Part shown: piece after piece, positions 8,612 through 17,910 of the stretch
Layout of the letters: every line of letters starts with the position of its first letter
Position numbering within the stretch: the stretch's first letter is position 1
Source: an uncultured Candidatus Saccharibacteria bacterium
GTDB taxonomy: Bacteria > Patescibacteriota > Minisyncoccia > Minisyncoccales > CAZVLR01
Length of the DNA stretch: 61,873 nt
Reading direction: 5' to 3'
Assembly: GCA_964628095.1 (NCBI GenBank)
Contig: CAZVLR010000003.1
Location: 1-61,873 of the forward strand
Translations under genes and position numbers: made by a program
The notes under the pieces: model-generated
Databases searched by the model: none
What the model saw: only the letters and a program-made list of their open reading frames with translations
What the model was told of the DNA's origin: nothing

Positions 8612-9652
8612 TTATTTTAACAATTCCAGAGCCGGAAGTTTCTCGCCTGATAAATAGGAAAGCATGGCACCGCCGCCAGTTGAAACATGGGAAAATTTAT
8701 CCAATAATCCCAACTCTTTTAGAAAGTCTGCGGTTTCGCCTCCGCCCACAATAGAAAAAGCCGAACTTTGTGAAATTATTTTTGCCAATTCCGCAGTCCC
8801 CTTTTTAAACTGTTCGTCTTCGGTTAAGCCCAAGGGCCCGTTCCAAAAAACGGTTTTGGCGGTTTTAATTTTCTCTCCGAATAACTTTACGGTTTCGGGC
8901 CCAATATCTTTGCCCCCGCCTGTTTCATCAACCGGACCCAAGATTTTTTCCGGATGCTTTAACTGGATATTTTTGGCAGCCAGCTCTTTTTGAATTAAAC
9001 CGCCCACTAAAACAAAATCGGCAAACTCTGAAATTTTATCGATTAAAGCCGCTTTGGTTTCCACTTTTTTTCCACCAATCATAGCCACCACTGGTTTTAC
9101 CGCATTGTTAATAAAATTATCCAGTACGTAAATTTCCTTTTCTAACAACAAACCATGGCAAGAGGGCAGGTACTTTGGCACACCCACCATAGAAGCGTGT
9201 TTCCGATGGCAGGTACCAAAAGCATCGTTAACATAAATATCGCCCAAAGAAGCCAGCTTTTTAGAAAAAACGTCGTCGTTAGCCTCTTCTTCGGCATGAA
9301 ACCTAAGATTTTCCAATAATAAAACTTCGCCCCACTGCATTACCCTTTCCTGAGCTTCAGGATTATTGCCTACGCAATCAGAAGATTTATAAACCATAAC
9401 TTTTAAAAGCTCCTGCAGTTTTTTCTGCACTGGTTTTAAACTTAATGCTTCCACCACCTTTCCTTCCGGATCGCCCAAATGGGACATTAAAACAGCCTTG
9501 GCATTCTGCTTTATTAAATATTCTATGGTAGGCAAGGTTTTTTTAATGCGAAAATCATCTAAAATGTTCCCGTTTTTATCCAGCGGCACGTTAAAATCGC
9601 ACCGCACCAGCGCTCTTTTATTTTTAAAATCAAAATCTTTTAGGCTTCGCAT
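8612..9652 (-). CDS. pgk: Phosphoglycerate kinase (compact, 346 aa)
   Basis: RCDFNVPLD...MSHLGDP...LLENLRFH..EE...NDAFGTCHR...GGGETA...STGGGA. Confidence 0.9.
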   Translation of the reverse strand: MRSLKDFDFKNKRALVRCDFNVPLDKNGNILDDFRIKKTLPTIEYLIKQNAKAVLMSHLGDPEGKVVEALSLKPVQKKLQELLKVMVYKSSDCVGNNPEAQERVMQWGEVLLLENLRFHAEEEANDDVFSKKLASLGDIYVNDAFGTCHRKHASMVGVPKYLPSCHGLLLEKEIYVLDNFINNAVKPVVAMIGGKKVETKAALIDKISEFADFVLVGGLIQKELAAKNIQLKHPEKILGPVDETGGGKDIGPETVKLFGEKIKTAKTVFWNGPLGLTEDEQFKKGTAELAKIISQSSAFSIVGGGETADFLKELGLLDKFSHVSTGGGAMLSYLSGEKLPALELLK

Positions 9653-9654
9653 AA

Positions 9655-11322
9655 TTATTCTTCTTTTTTAATATTTTTTAAAGATTGCTCCAAGGCCTCT
9701 TTCAGCTCGCCCACATTCACCTCTTTTCTTTTGGGCCTTATCTGCTCTTCTTTATTTTTCCGGGGCGGCGCAAAGGGCATAAGCCCGGCTTGGGCGGTTT
9801 TTTCAAGAGAAATAGAGGGCGACACTACTGGCGCTGGCACCGGTGCCGGTGCCGGTTCTGATACTGATGCTGGCACCGACCCCTGCCTTTCCTGCTGGCT
9901 TTTTTTTAGGCAATTTTTGCAGTAAACCGGGCGCTTGCCATCGGGCGGGAAAACCACCTTGGTGTCTTTGCCGCACGAAGCGCATTTGGCGTCGTAAAGC
10001 TTGGGCGGTGCATTGGGCGTAGGCATTTGGGCCTGGGCAATATTCTCTAATCCGGCCCAACGAATGATTTTTTCTTCCACAATTTGGCGCCTAGTACCAT
10101 AACGCTCTCTTGAAGCTTTGATTATCTTTTCGGCAAAAGTTTGCTCGGGCACGGGAAAAGGCGGCAAAGTTGAAGCGGAAAAAGGCCGGCCGGCCAAACC
10201 GTCAATCATTAATTTTAAATAAATATTGTATTTGGCCAAATTAACCAAATCAGTGGCCATAAACTCCGGATTAAATTCTTTTTCCAGAAATTCGGCATCT
10301 TCAGCGCCAACGCGAAAGCATATCATCGTACCAATGTTGCCAAAAACCGCATCTCTAACTTTTTCATCCATCTGAGCAATATATTGATGCCCTAAAATCA
10401 AATCCAAACGGTACTTTCTGGCTTCTGAAAGTATGTTAACAAAAGATTCTGTGGCAAAGTTCTGAAATTCGTCAACATAAAGATAAAAATCTTTTCTCTG
10501 CTCCTCTGGAACATTCACGCGCGACATAGCGGCCAACTGCAGTTTAGTTATTAAAAGAGCTCCCAATAAAAGGGAGTTGTCTTCTCCAATGCGCCCCTTG
10601 GAAAGATCTAAAATTATAATCTTGCCTTCATCCATCACTTTTCGCATGTCGATATTAGACTGAACCTGACCGATAATGTTGCGGATTAAAGGGGCGGAAA
10701 TAAACTGGCCGACTTTATTCTGAATGGCGGCGGTCGCTTCCACTTCCAAACGCTGGGTATATCTTGAAAACTCGGTAATCCAGAAAGATTTTACCATGGG
10801 ATCGGCAATCTTTTCCACCACTTTTTTGCGGTATTCCGGATCAGCCAGCATACGGTTAACCCCAAGCAAAGTGGCGCCCGGATATTCGAGCAAGGCCAAA
10901 ATGGCATTGTTTAAAATATATTCCATGCGAGCCGACCAGACATCAGGCCAGATTTTTTTAAACACACCCATTAAACCCGAGGCTACCAAGTGCCGTTTTT
11001 CAGGATCGATATTCTCCATTACATTAAAAGCAATCGGGTGCTCCAAATCAGCCGGATTAAAGTAAATAACGTCGTTAACGCGGTGCGAAGGCACAAAATC
11101 CAACAAGCTTTCAGCCGCTTCTCCGTGCGGGTCGACAAAAGCCAGCCCCCGGCCCTGCTGGATATCCTGGATCGCCATGTTTCTCAACATGCCGGTTTTG
11201 CCCATGCCGGTTTTTCCCACAATATACATGTGGCGCCGCCGATCATCAATCTTAATACCAAAACGCTTTTTAATATTGCGGTAGTTGGTTTCGGCGAATA
11301 AATTTATTTCAGAATTTGCCAT
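9655..11322 (-). CDS. VirD4/TraD-like (type IV coupling protein / FtsK-HerA superfamily) P-loop ATPase with a C-terminal zinc ribbon
   Basis: Walker A VGKTGMGKTG and Walker B LYVDEFQNF. A C-terminal CASCGK-x17-CKNC ribbon is followed by a Pro/Ala-rich, Lys-rich tail. Confidence 0.7.
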   Translation of the reverse strand: MANSEINLFAETNYRNIKKRFGIKIDDRRRHMYIVGKTGMGKTGMLRNMAIQDIQQGRGLAFVDPHGEAAESLLDFVPSHRVNDVIYFNPADLEHPIAFNVMENIDPEKRHLVASGLMGVFKKIWPDVWSARMEYILNNAILALLEYPGATLLGVNRMLADPEYRKKVVEKIADPMVKSFWITEFSRYTQRLEVEATAAIQNKVGQFISAPLIRNIIGQVQSNIDMRKVMDEGKIIILDLSKGRIGEDNSLLLGALLITKLQLAAMSRVNVPEEQRKDFYLYVDEFQNFATESFVNILSEARKYRLDLILGHQYIAQMDEKVRDAVFGNIGTMICFRVGAEDAEFLEKEFNPEFMATDLVNLAKYNIYLKLMIDGLAGRPFSASTLPPFPVPEQTFAEKIIKASRERYGTRRQIVEEKIIRWAGLENIAQAQMPTPNAPPKLYDAKCASCGKDTKVVFPPDGKRPVYCKNCLKKSQQERQGSVPASVSEPAPAPVPAPVVSPSISLEKTAQAGLMPFAPPRKNKEEQIRPKRKEVNVGELKEALEQSLKNIKKEE

Positions 11323-11382
11323 AAAAAAATTTCCTGCTTACTCTTCTATTGTAAAACAACTTTTAAAAATATAAAAATTAAT

Positions 11383-12666
11383 TTAAAACTCGATCGGCAA
11401 TTGGGGCGGAGCCTCGCCCTTTTTGGCCTCGATTCGGGCCAAATTGGAAGCCGGCGCCATGGTTTTTCCGGGAAAATGATAAAGCGTAGCCAATTCCTCC
11501 ACGTTAAAAACATAGGTGCCCCCGGAAACCGGGAAATGAGGCGTCATGCGGCGGCAGTAATACCTAAACATTCTCCTTTTCCTAAAATACACCCGTCGGT
11601 TGTCCAAAAGCCAGAAAAAAACCGATTTTACCTTGGTAATGGTATGCTTGTCAGGTTTTAATCCCCCCATGCTTTCGCTGGAAATCGCTTTAAAAAAAGT
11701 GTAGGGAACGCGCGCCATGGGTTTGAAAAAAACATCCCGCTTTCCCAAGTATATAAAGCGAATATTGCAGTCGTATCCGAATTTAGAAATCTTGTTTTCA
11801 ATAGCTGTTAGTACTTCCCGCTCGCCGGGCGTAAGTTTCATTTCTGGCGGCATTACTTCTTTTTTTTCTTCTTTTTTTTCTGGTACCTCGCCCAATACCA
11901 CGATTTCAAAAGCCTCTTGAAGCATTGATTTGGGTTTGGCTTTAGGATTAGTTCTCCGGGCCAGCTGATCTCTAATTTCCTTCCCCCTTTTAATCCAAGG
12001 TTTTTCTTCCCTGATGGGTTTGGCAATAATCTGCATCCATAGCTGCTCGCCCGGCCTTAAGGCCGAAAAACCCTCTAAAAGATTAGATAAAGGATCAATC
12101 CTCTTTTCCTCTAAAGTATTGTCCTGTTCAAAGTTAACGTAGGTTTTTAAAGGATAAACTTCGTCTTTGGTATTCACCAAATCCATGCCAAAAAGATCCC
12201 AATCTTTAGTAGGAATATTCTGGGGCACGCTTTTGGTATAATCGGACACTTCAAATATTTCCGCTTCGGGATACTGGGAATAAACATTAGACTCTATAAT
12301 CTTACGGAAAACTTCGGGCGTTCTGATGTAAAAATGAATGTCGCCGCCCAAGCTTACGATTTCAAAAGAAAAAGCCAATTGATATTGGCCCTCAATCCAT
12401 AATTCCCGCCAGGTAAAAACATCGTGAATGGCATGAATGCCCGCAAACACCGTTTCCATGGCCTTTACCGGTTTTACCACCTCTTTGGGAAGTTTTATCT
12501 CCAGTAAGATTCTTTTTACCGTGGCATCGTACTTTTCAATCCGCGACCAGCGATAAATGAATAAAAAAGGCTCCCATAGTAAAAAAACAGGGAGCACCCA
12601 CCACCAAGATTTAAAAAGCTGCCACAAAATTTCCAGAATTGAATAGATTTGGGGAGGGAAATTCAT
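11383..12666 (-). CDS. Hypothetical membrane-anchored protein, apparent partner of the downstream ATPase
   Basis: 427-aa ORF with an N-terminal hydrophobic hairpin (WWWVLPVFLLWEPFLFIY). No recognisable catalytic motif. Same strand, 60 nt upstream of the ATPase gene. Confidence 0.55.
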   Translation of the reverse strand: MNFPPQIYSILEILWQLFKSWWWVLPVFLLWEPFLFIYRWSRIEKYDATVKRILLEIKLPKEVVKPVKAMETVFAGIHAIHDVFTWRELWIEGQYQLAFSFEIVSLGGDIHFYIRTPEVFRKIIESNVYSQYPEAEIFEVSDYTKSVPQNIPTKDWDLFGMDLVNTKDEVYPLKTYVNFEQDNTLEEKRIDPLSNLLEGFSALRPGEQLWMQIIAKPIREEKPWIKRGKEIRDQLARRTNPKAKPKSMLQEAFEIVVLGEVPEKKEEKKEVMPPEMKLTPGEREVLTAIENKISKFGYDCNIRFIYLGKRDVFFKPMARVPYTFFKAISSESMGGLKPDKHTITKVKSVFFWLLDNRRVYFRKRRMFRYYCRRMTPHFPVSGGTYVFNVEELATLYHFPGKTMAPASNLARIEAKKGEAPPQLPIEF

Positions 12667-12682
12667 TTAATAAATTAAGTTT

Positions 12683-13666
12683 TTAAGCCTCTTTTACCGT
12701 GTATCTGCCCTGATCGTCTTTGATAAAATATTTTTTATTGCTCAAATTTAACAAAATAGTATTTTCTTTTACCAGCCTTTGGGCTAAAACCTGCTCTAAA
12801 ATCTTTTCTTTGGGCAAAGGCTTGCTGGCTAATTTTAAAACTTTTGAAATTACATCTCGCACCTGACCCTCTTCATAGCCCCATTCTTTTAGGGCATACA
12901 AGCCGCGGCCAACTAAAACAAACCTCATATCTTTTATCAGTTCGTTATGCACGGTTTGGGGTAAAGCATCGGAACTTATCATTTTAGCTACCTGCATAAA
13001 ATGAAGGGGTTTTTGCTCCTTTTTAAAAACTAAGTAGGCCCGGTCTTTAATCCCCCGGGGATTAATTTCAGGCCAGTCTTTTAAACCATAAAGGCCTTCG
13101 GAATTCTTTTGTATTTGCTTTGAGATTTCCAAGAAAGACTCTACTGCCCTTGAAGATAAGGCGGACGAAACTTTATAGTCCGACAAGTTAAGTGGTTTTT
13201 TAACTTTGTCTAATTTGGAATAAAAAGCGCTGATGGTTTTTTGCGCCACCGACAAAGCCTTATCGTTTAAGGCCCAAAAGGGATAAAACTCCTTTGTTTC
13301 AGAATATCTTTTAAAGGGTTCAGCTAAAGTTAACAGGAAAAAAACCTGGGGCTGGAATTCCTTGCCGCCCAAGCCGGATAACAAAACATCCTCTCGCCTT
13401 AAGCCGCCGGTTGAATTAATTTCTTGAACAAAGAACCTTAAAGCCTTATCGTGTTCTTGAATTTTGTTTTTTATCTTAGAAAAACCCTCTTCTTCGATCT
13501 GGCGCACCCGCTCCCGGGTAACGTTAAAGCTTTGGCCGATGGATTCCAAGGTTTCCCGCTCCCCGCCTTCTAGCGCAAAACGCCGCACCAGCACTTCTTT
13601 TTGCTTTTGCGGTAAATCTTTTAACAAGTCGCTGCAGATTTTCCGATAATTGAAATTATACTTCAT
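12683..13666 (-). CDS. Sigma-70 region-4-like HTH DNA-binding protein
   Basis: The N-terminal LPQKQKEVLVRRFALEGGERETLESIGQSFNVTRERVRQIEEEGFSKI is a classic region 4.2 HTH. No regions 2 or 3 are visible. The remaining ~250 aa are unassigned. Confidence 0.6.
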   Translation of the reverse strand: MKYNFNYRKICSDLLKDLPQKQKEVLVRRFALEGGERETLESIGQSFNVTRERVRQIEEEGFSKIKNKIQEHDKALRFFVQEINSTGGLRREDVLLSGLGGKEFQPQVFFLLTLAEPFKRYSETKEFYPFWALNDKALSVAQKTISAFYSKLDKVKKPLNLSDYKVSSALSSRAVESFLEISKQIQKNSEGLYGLKDWPEINPRGIKDRAYLVFKKEQKPLHFMQVAKMISSDALPQTVHNELIKDMRFVLVGRGLYALKEWGYEEGQVRDVISKVLKLASKPLPKEKILEQVLAQRLVKENTILLNLSNKKYFIKDDQGRYTVKEA

Positions 13667-13767
13667 AAATAATATTTAAAATATTGAATAATACCTGCTT
13701 TTTAAGCATTGTCTTATTTAAGCATATTTGAAAATATTTGTCAATGGGGATAACCAGGCCTTTGCCC

Positions 13768-14673
13768 TTAACCCTTTTGCCATCTTTTTTCCTTCATTTT
13801 CTGCCAACTAACCAAAAGCGGGCTGGCAATAAATATGGAAGAATAAGCGCCCGAGGTAATGCCAATAATTAAAGCTAAAGCAAAGTACTTTAAAGTGGCT
13901 CCGCCAAAAAAGTAAATGGCAAGGAGCACAATCAGCACCGTTAAAACCGTATTAATAGAGCGACCCAGGGTTTGGTTCAAGCTCCAATTAACCGTTTCCT
14001 CAAAAGAAGGCGCAGTTCTTTTTATTAAGTTCTCTCTGATACGATCGAAAATAACAATTGTGTCGTGCACTGAAAAGCCCAAAATCGTCAGCAGAGCGGC
14101 AATGATCGGTATGGTGATTTCAACGTTATAAAAATGGCCCAATACGGCAAAAACGCCAAAAGGTATTAAAATATCATGGAATAATGCAATTAAGGAAGCT
14201 AAACCGTACTGGAACGAAGACACAGGATGGGAAACCTTGCGGAAAGCAAAAGCAATATATAAAGTAATCGCAATTAAAGTAAGCAAGATGGCAACAATGG
14301 TTTTTTGCTTTAATTCCTGACCGACCACCGGACCGATTAAATCGTACTTTTTTTCCTCCAAGGGGGAAATTTCTTTTAAAGAAGCTAAAATCTTCTGGTG
14401 TGTTTCCTCGTCTACGCCTTTGAAACGCAGCAGCATTTCTTTTTCGGCCAAGGGCTGGATAATAATCTCGCCCAGATTATATTGGTTAAGCTTTTCCTGA
14501 ATTACGTTGTTGGTAGGCCTGTCTCCCTGGAAAGACAGCTCCATTAAAGAGCCGCCGGTAAACTCGATGCCGAATTTTAAACTGAACGCAAAAAGAACAG
14601 TAACTGAGGCCAACGCCAAAAGAATGGACAGCGCATAATATACTTTTGAATATTTGGTGAATCTAAAATTCAT
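13768..14673 (-). CDS. secF: Protein translocase subunit SecF
   Basis: 301 aa. Contains GIEFTGGS and six TM segments, and lies directly downstream of secD. Confidence 0.88.
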   Translation of the reverse strand: MNFRFTKYSKVYYALSILLALASVTVLFAFSLKFGIEFTGGSLMELSFQGDRPTNNVIQEKLNQYNLGEIIIQPLAEKEMLLRFKGVDEETHQKILASLKEISPLEEKKYDLIGPVVGQELKQKTIVAILLTLIAITLYIAFAFRKVSHPVSSFQYGLASLIALFHDILIPFGVFAVLGHFYNVEITIPIIAALLTILGFSVHDTIVIFDRIRENLIKRTAPSFEETVNWSLNQTLGRSINTVLTVLIVLLAIYFFGGATLKYFALALIIGITSGAYSSIFIASPLLVSWQKMKEKRWQKG

Positions 14674-14677
14674 TTTA

Positions 14678-16054
14678 TTACCAAAGCCATTTAAATTTTT
14701 CTAATCGGTTTCCGATAAAAAGCCTCAAGAATATTTCTGTAATGAAAATTGCCGAAAACAAGCTAACGCCAATACCCACGGCCAAAGTTAGGGCAAAGCC
14801 CTTAATAAAGCTGGTGGCAAAAGTGAATAAAATCGCACAGACGATCAGAGAATTAAAATTGCTGTCGCGGATTGAAGGCCAGGCGCGCCTGAAGCCATCC
14901 TCTAGGGCCTGGGCAAAGTTTTTTTGCTCTTTCATTTCCTCCCTCATGCGGGAAAAGATAAGAACGTTGGCGTCTACAGCCATGCCAATGGAAAGCAAAA
15001 ATCCGGCAATCCCGGCTAGGGTTAAAGTAACATCAATCATTTTAAAAATAGACAAAGCTAAAACAATATATATTACCAAAGCCAAAGAAGCCAAAACGCC
15101 GGGCAAGCGGTAAAACAGAATCATGAAAATAATAACACCTAAAAAGCCGATTAATCCGGCTTTTAAGCTTTGCTCCAAAGAAATCTTACCCAAAATCGGG
15201 CCGACCGACTGCTGGGAAATTAATTGAATGGGCACGGGCAAAGCGCCGGCGTTTAAGTTGCGAGCCAATTCCCGGGCTTCAGTTTCGGTAAACTGGCCGG
15301 AAATCTGCGCCTGACCACCAGAAATCTTTTCCTCAACCACCGGGCTGGAAATTAAAACGTTATCAATATAAATTGCCACGGGCTTGCCCACGTTTCTACC
15401 GGTAATCTCTTCAAAAAGCTTGGCGCCCTCGTCGTTAAACTGGAGCGAAACCATGGCCTTGTAAGTATTCTGATCGTAAGTTACCTCCGCCTTTTTTAAA
15501 TACTGGCCGGTTAAAGGGGTTGCCTGAAACGGATCTTCGTAAGCCAGCTGCCAATCAACAATTTGCTGAATTTCTTCAGGTGATTTACCCTGAATTTCAT
15601 TGTATTTATCCTGAATCTTTTTAACTACGTCGTCGGCTTTTAATTCGCGGAATTCCAAAAAGGGCGTCTGGCCGATAAGCTTTATGGCCTCGGCCGGATC
15701 AATTACGCCGGCGATCTCCACCATTAATCTTTCGCTCTGAATCTGCACCTGGGGCTCTTGAACGCCAAAATAGTTAATCCTTCTTTCAATCACGTCCCGC
15801 AAGCCGTTCATGGCTTCATTTTTGGAATCATTGTCAACAGCGGATAAATCCGCTTGGTAAAGCAAATGAGAACCGCCCTGAAGATCCAATCCTAATTTAA
15901 AAGGCTTTGACCAAAAATGAGGTATTTTTAAAGATATTTTGGAATTTAAATTATCAATCCCCTGGTTTAAGTAATCCGGAAAAACAAAATTGCCGGCTAG
16001 AAAAGCCAGAATTAGAATTGAAATAAAGGTAATGTAAACGCGTCTCTTTGACAT
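14678..16054 (-). CDS. secD: Protein translocase subunit SecD
   Basis: 458 aa. Contains LGLDLQGGSHL, a periplasmic domain, and a C-terminal 6-TM RND-like block with GMAVDANVLIFSRMREE. Confidence 0.88.
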   Translation of the reverse strand: MSKRRVYITFISILILAFLAGNFVFPDYLNQGIDNLNSKISLKIPHFWSKPFKLGLDLQGGSHLLYQADLSAVDNDSKNEAMNGLRDVIERRINYFGVQEPQVQIQSERLMVEIAGVIDPAEAIKLIGQTPFLEFRELKADDVVKKIQDKYNEIQGKSPEEIQQIVDWQLAYEDPFQATPLTGQYLKKAEVTYDQNTYKAMVSLQFNDEGAKLFEEITGRNVGKPVAIYIDNVLISSPVVEEKISGGQAQISGQFTETEARELARNLNAGALPVPIQLISQQSVGPILGKISLEQSLKAGLIGFLGVIIFMILFYRLPGVLASLALVIYIVLALSIFKMIDVTLTLAGIAGFLLSIGMAVDANVLIFSRMREEMKEQKNFAQALEDGFRRAWPSIRDSNFNSLIVCAILFTFATSFIKGFALTLAVGIGVSLFSAIFITEIFLRLFIGNRLEKFKWLW

Positions 16055-16140
16055 ACAATAAAAATAGTATAACAGTTTCTTTTAAAAATTCAAGGGTTGC
16101 TCCAACTTGCTACAACGGTTTTAATAACCATCCTCGAAGA

Positions 16141-16611
16141 TCATTTACCAATAGTGCCTCCGTAATATTTTAATTCGTAAACTTTTTCCTCTTTAAAATA
16201 AATCGTTTCTAATCCCTCAAACTTATCTACTGTGCCAAAACTTTCATCACAATAATCCCAGCTTTCTTCTTTAAATTGTTGAGGACCCCTAAATGGCCTT
16301 TCCGAATTGATTAATCGCATTGCTTTTTGAAGAAATTTATAAAGATACTCCGCATCAATCTTATCAGAAATAATCCTACCATAATAATTCATACCCCACG
16401 TTATCTTATTATTAAACCATACAATTTCTTCCCCGATAAATGGATTAAAACCGAAATATCTATCGCGGTATTTCCATCCGCCACTCTCGTAAATCAACTC
16501 CTTGCCACCATCTTCCAATATTTTTTCTCCACCCTCTCCACCACTAGCATATGTGTTGATTTTTGCTTTGACTAAAAAATCTTTTAATTCCATGGCCTTA
16601 AACTGCTTCAC
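16141..16611 (-). CDS. Hypothetical soluble protein (reminiscent of DUF5680)
   Basis: 156-aa ORF lying in a locally AT-rich stretch (about 30-35% GC by eye). The family name is from memory only. Confidence 0.4.
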   Translation of the reverse strand: MKQFKAMELKDFLVKAKINTYASGGEGGEKILEDGGKELIYESGGWKYRDRYFGFNPFIGEEIVWFNNKITWGMNYYGRIISDKIDAEYLYKFLQKAMRLINSERPFRGPQQFKEESWDYCDESFGTVDKFEGLETIYFKEEKVYELKYYGGTIGK

Positions 16612-16632
16612 GCAACATTTTTTAATCTTTAA

Positions 16633-17178
16633 TTAATGGGAAAGCTGATAAATCTGGGTGTCGTACCCGCGAACTTCTTCGTCGTTCCGGGACAGCCCAA
16701 AAGATTCTATTACCCGATATAATTCTTCTTGCGTTCTTTCTGGATCAACATCGTCGCTTGTTAACGTCTCAAGCTCCACAAAGCTTCCCAGCTGCTCAAC
16801 TTGATCCAGGCAAATTTCATACTTGCCCATCCTGCCTTTCTGGCGTACCTTTTTCACTTCAACTATTGGTGTATAACCAAGCGTCAAAAGAATATTGTGC
16901 AAAGCCTCTGGATCTTTCACTTCCGTTTCATACTCAAGATTGTCCAATTCGCTTGATTTTTGCTTTTTAAGAGTAAGCTCGGCACCATTATTAAGATGTC
17001 TAATCCGTATCGTAATATCTCCTTCTTTCGCATTTCCCCATTCTTGAGTATCGCCATCCTTTGAATATATGACATCCCGCTGGCTAATAGGATTAGAAAG
17101 TATGCAGCCTTTTTCTTCTAGTTGTTTTTTTATACTTTCTAAATCTTTTACTTTTATTTTTATTTCTATTTCACGCAT
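16633..17178 (-). CDS. CYTH-domain protein (triphosphate tunnel metalloenzyme / class IV adenylate cyclase family)
   Basis: N-terminal ExExK signature MREIEIKIKV. Its ~180-aa size and alternating charged beta-strand pattern fit the CYTH fold. Confidence 0.7.
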   Translation of the reverse strand: MREIEIKIKVKDLESIKKQLEEKGCILSNPISQRDVIYSKDGDTQEWGNAKEGDITIRIRHLNNGAELTLKKQKSSELDNLEYETEVKDPEALHNILLTLGYTPIVEVKKVRQKGRMGKYEICLDQVEQLGSFVELETLTSDDVDPERTQEELYRVIESFGLSRNDEEVRGYDTQIYQLSH

Positions 17179-17259
17179 TTTATTTTTTTATCCTTAATAA
17201 TTCTTCTATTATTTCTATATCTTTTTCTCGGTTGCTTAATTTCTTCCATTTAGAAAGCA

Positions 17260-17910
17260 CTATACCTCGCCATCAACTTCTTTATTTAACCTGGCAAAAA
17301 ATATTTCCATAAATTTATGACGTCCTTCGGCAATTCTTTTACCTTCATCGGTAAGCATTTTATCTTTTAAATATTTTAATTTTACTTCATGTTCTCTCCA
17401 GGCCGTATCATCAATTGAGTATTGCTCTGCCTTACTTAAATTAGCATCTTTATTATGTACCTTAGCGCCTATGTACCCAGCAAAAGAAAATGCCCTACCA
17501 ATACCTATGGCACCCATCGCGTCTAATTTATCTACATCATATAAAACTTTGGCTTCTTTCGTCTGTGGAATTTTATCATTCCTATATCTGTGTGTTTCTA
17601 TGCAATGTACAATATTTTCTATTTTTTCTTCTAGAAAATTATGTTTTTGTAAAATTTCTTTTGCTAAAATCGCTCCCCTCTCAGCATGATCAATCTTTCC
17701 ATTCGATTCATCTTGTTCTTTTCTGGCAATATCATGCAAAATTACGGCTAGGCCCAAAATCTCCAAGTCGGCATTTTCTTTTCCGCCAACATGCATCGCC
17801 AATTTATAAACCCTCTCTGTATGTTCCCATTCATGACAACTATTTATACCTGACAACTTGTTCTTGGCCTCTTCTTTTATTTTATTAAACAAATCCATAT
17901 TATTTCCCAC
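17260..17910 (-). CDS. HD-domain metal-dependent phosphohydrolase
   Basis: H...HD pattern: WEHTERV...AVILHDIAR...HCIETH...DVDKLDAMGAIG. The start overlaps the secA stop; an alternative ATG lies at 17898. Confidence 0.75.
   Translation of the reverse strand: MGNNMDLFNKIKEEAKNKLSGINSCHEWEHTERVYKLAMHVGGKENADLEILGLAVILHDIARKEQDESNGKIDHAERGAILAKEILQKHNFLEEKIENIVHCIETHRYRNDKIPQTKEAKVLYDVDKLDAMGAIGIGRAFSFAGYIGAKVHNKDANLSKAEQYSIDDTAWREHEVKLKYLKDKMLTDEGKRIAEGRHKFMEIFFARLNKEVDGEV

Noticed and set aside
8001-8657. Long antisense ORFs, for example 8001..8657, 18375..18938, 54022..54474, 10724..11301 and 59895..60269, as candidate overlapping genes.
   Set aside because: Each lies fully inside a confidently identified gene on the other strand (DHH, secA, fusA, the ATPase gene, rlmE). 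Their translations are Ser/Pro/Leu-rich with no start signals, so they are shadow frames.
9800-9870. Short tandem-looking repeat GGCACCGGTGCCGGTGCCGGT, considered as a possible repeat element.
   Set aside because: It lies inside the ATPase ORF and encodes its Pro/Ala-rich linker (PAPAPVPAPV). This is a coding low-complexity region, not a CRISPR or other non-coding repeat.
17169-17249. 27-codon ORF (MEEIKQPRKRYRNNRRIIKDKKIKCVK) between the HD and CYTH genes, overlapping the CYTH start.
   Set aside because: It has no Shine-Dalgarno, an extremely basic low-complexity product and no supporting signal. It is probably chance in AT-rich DNA.
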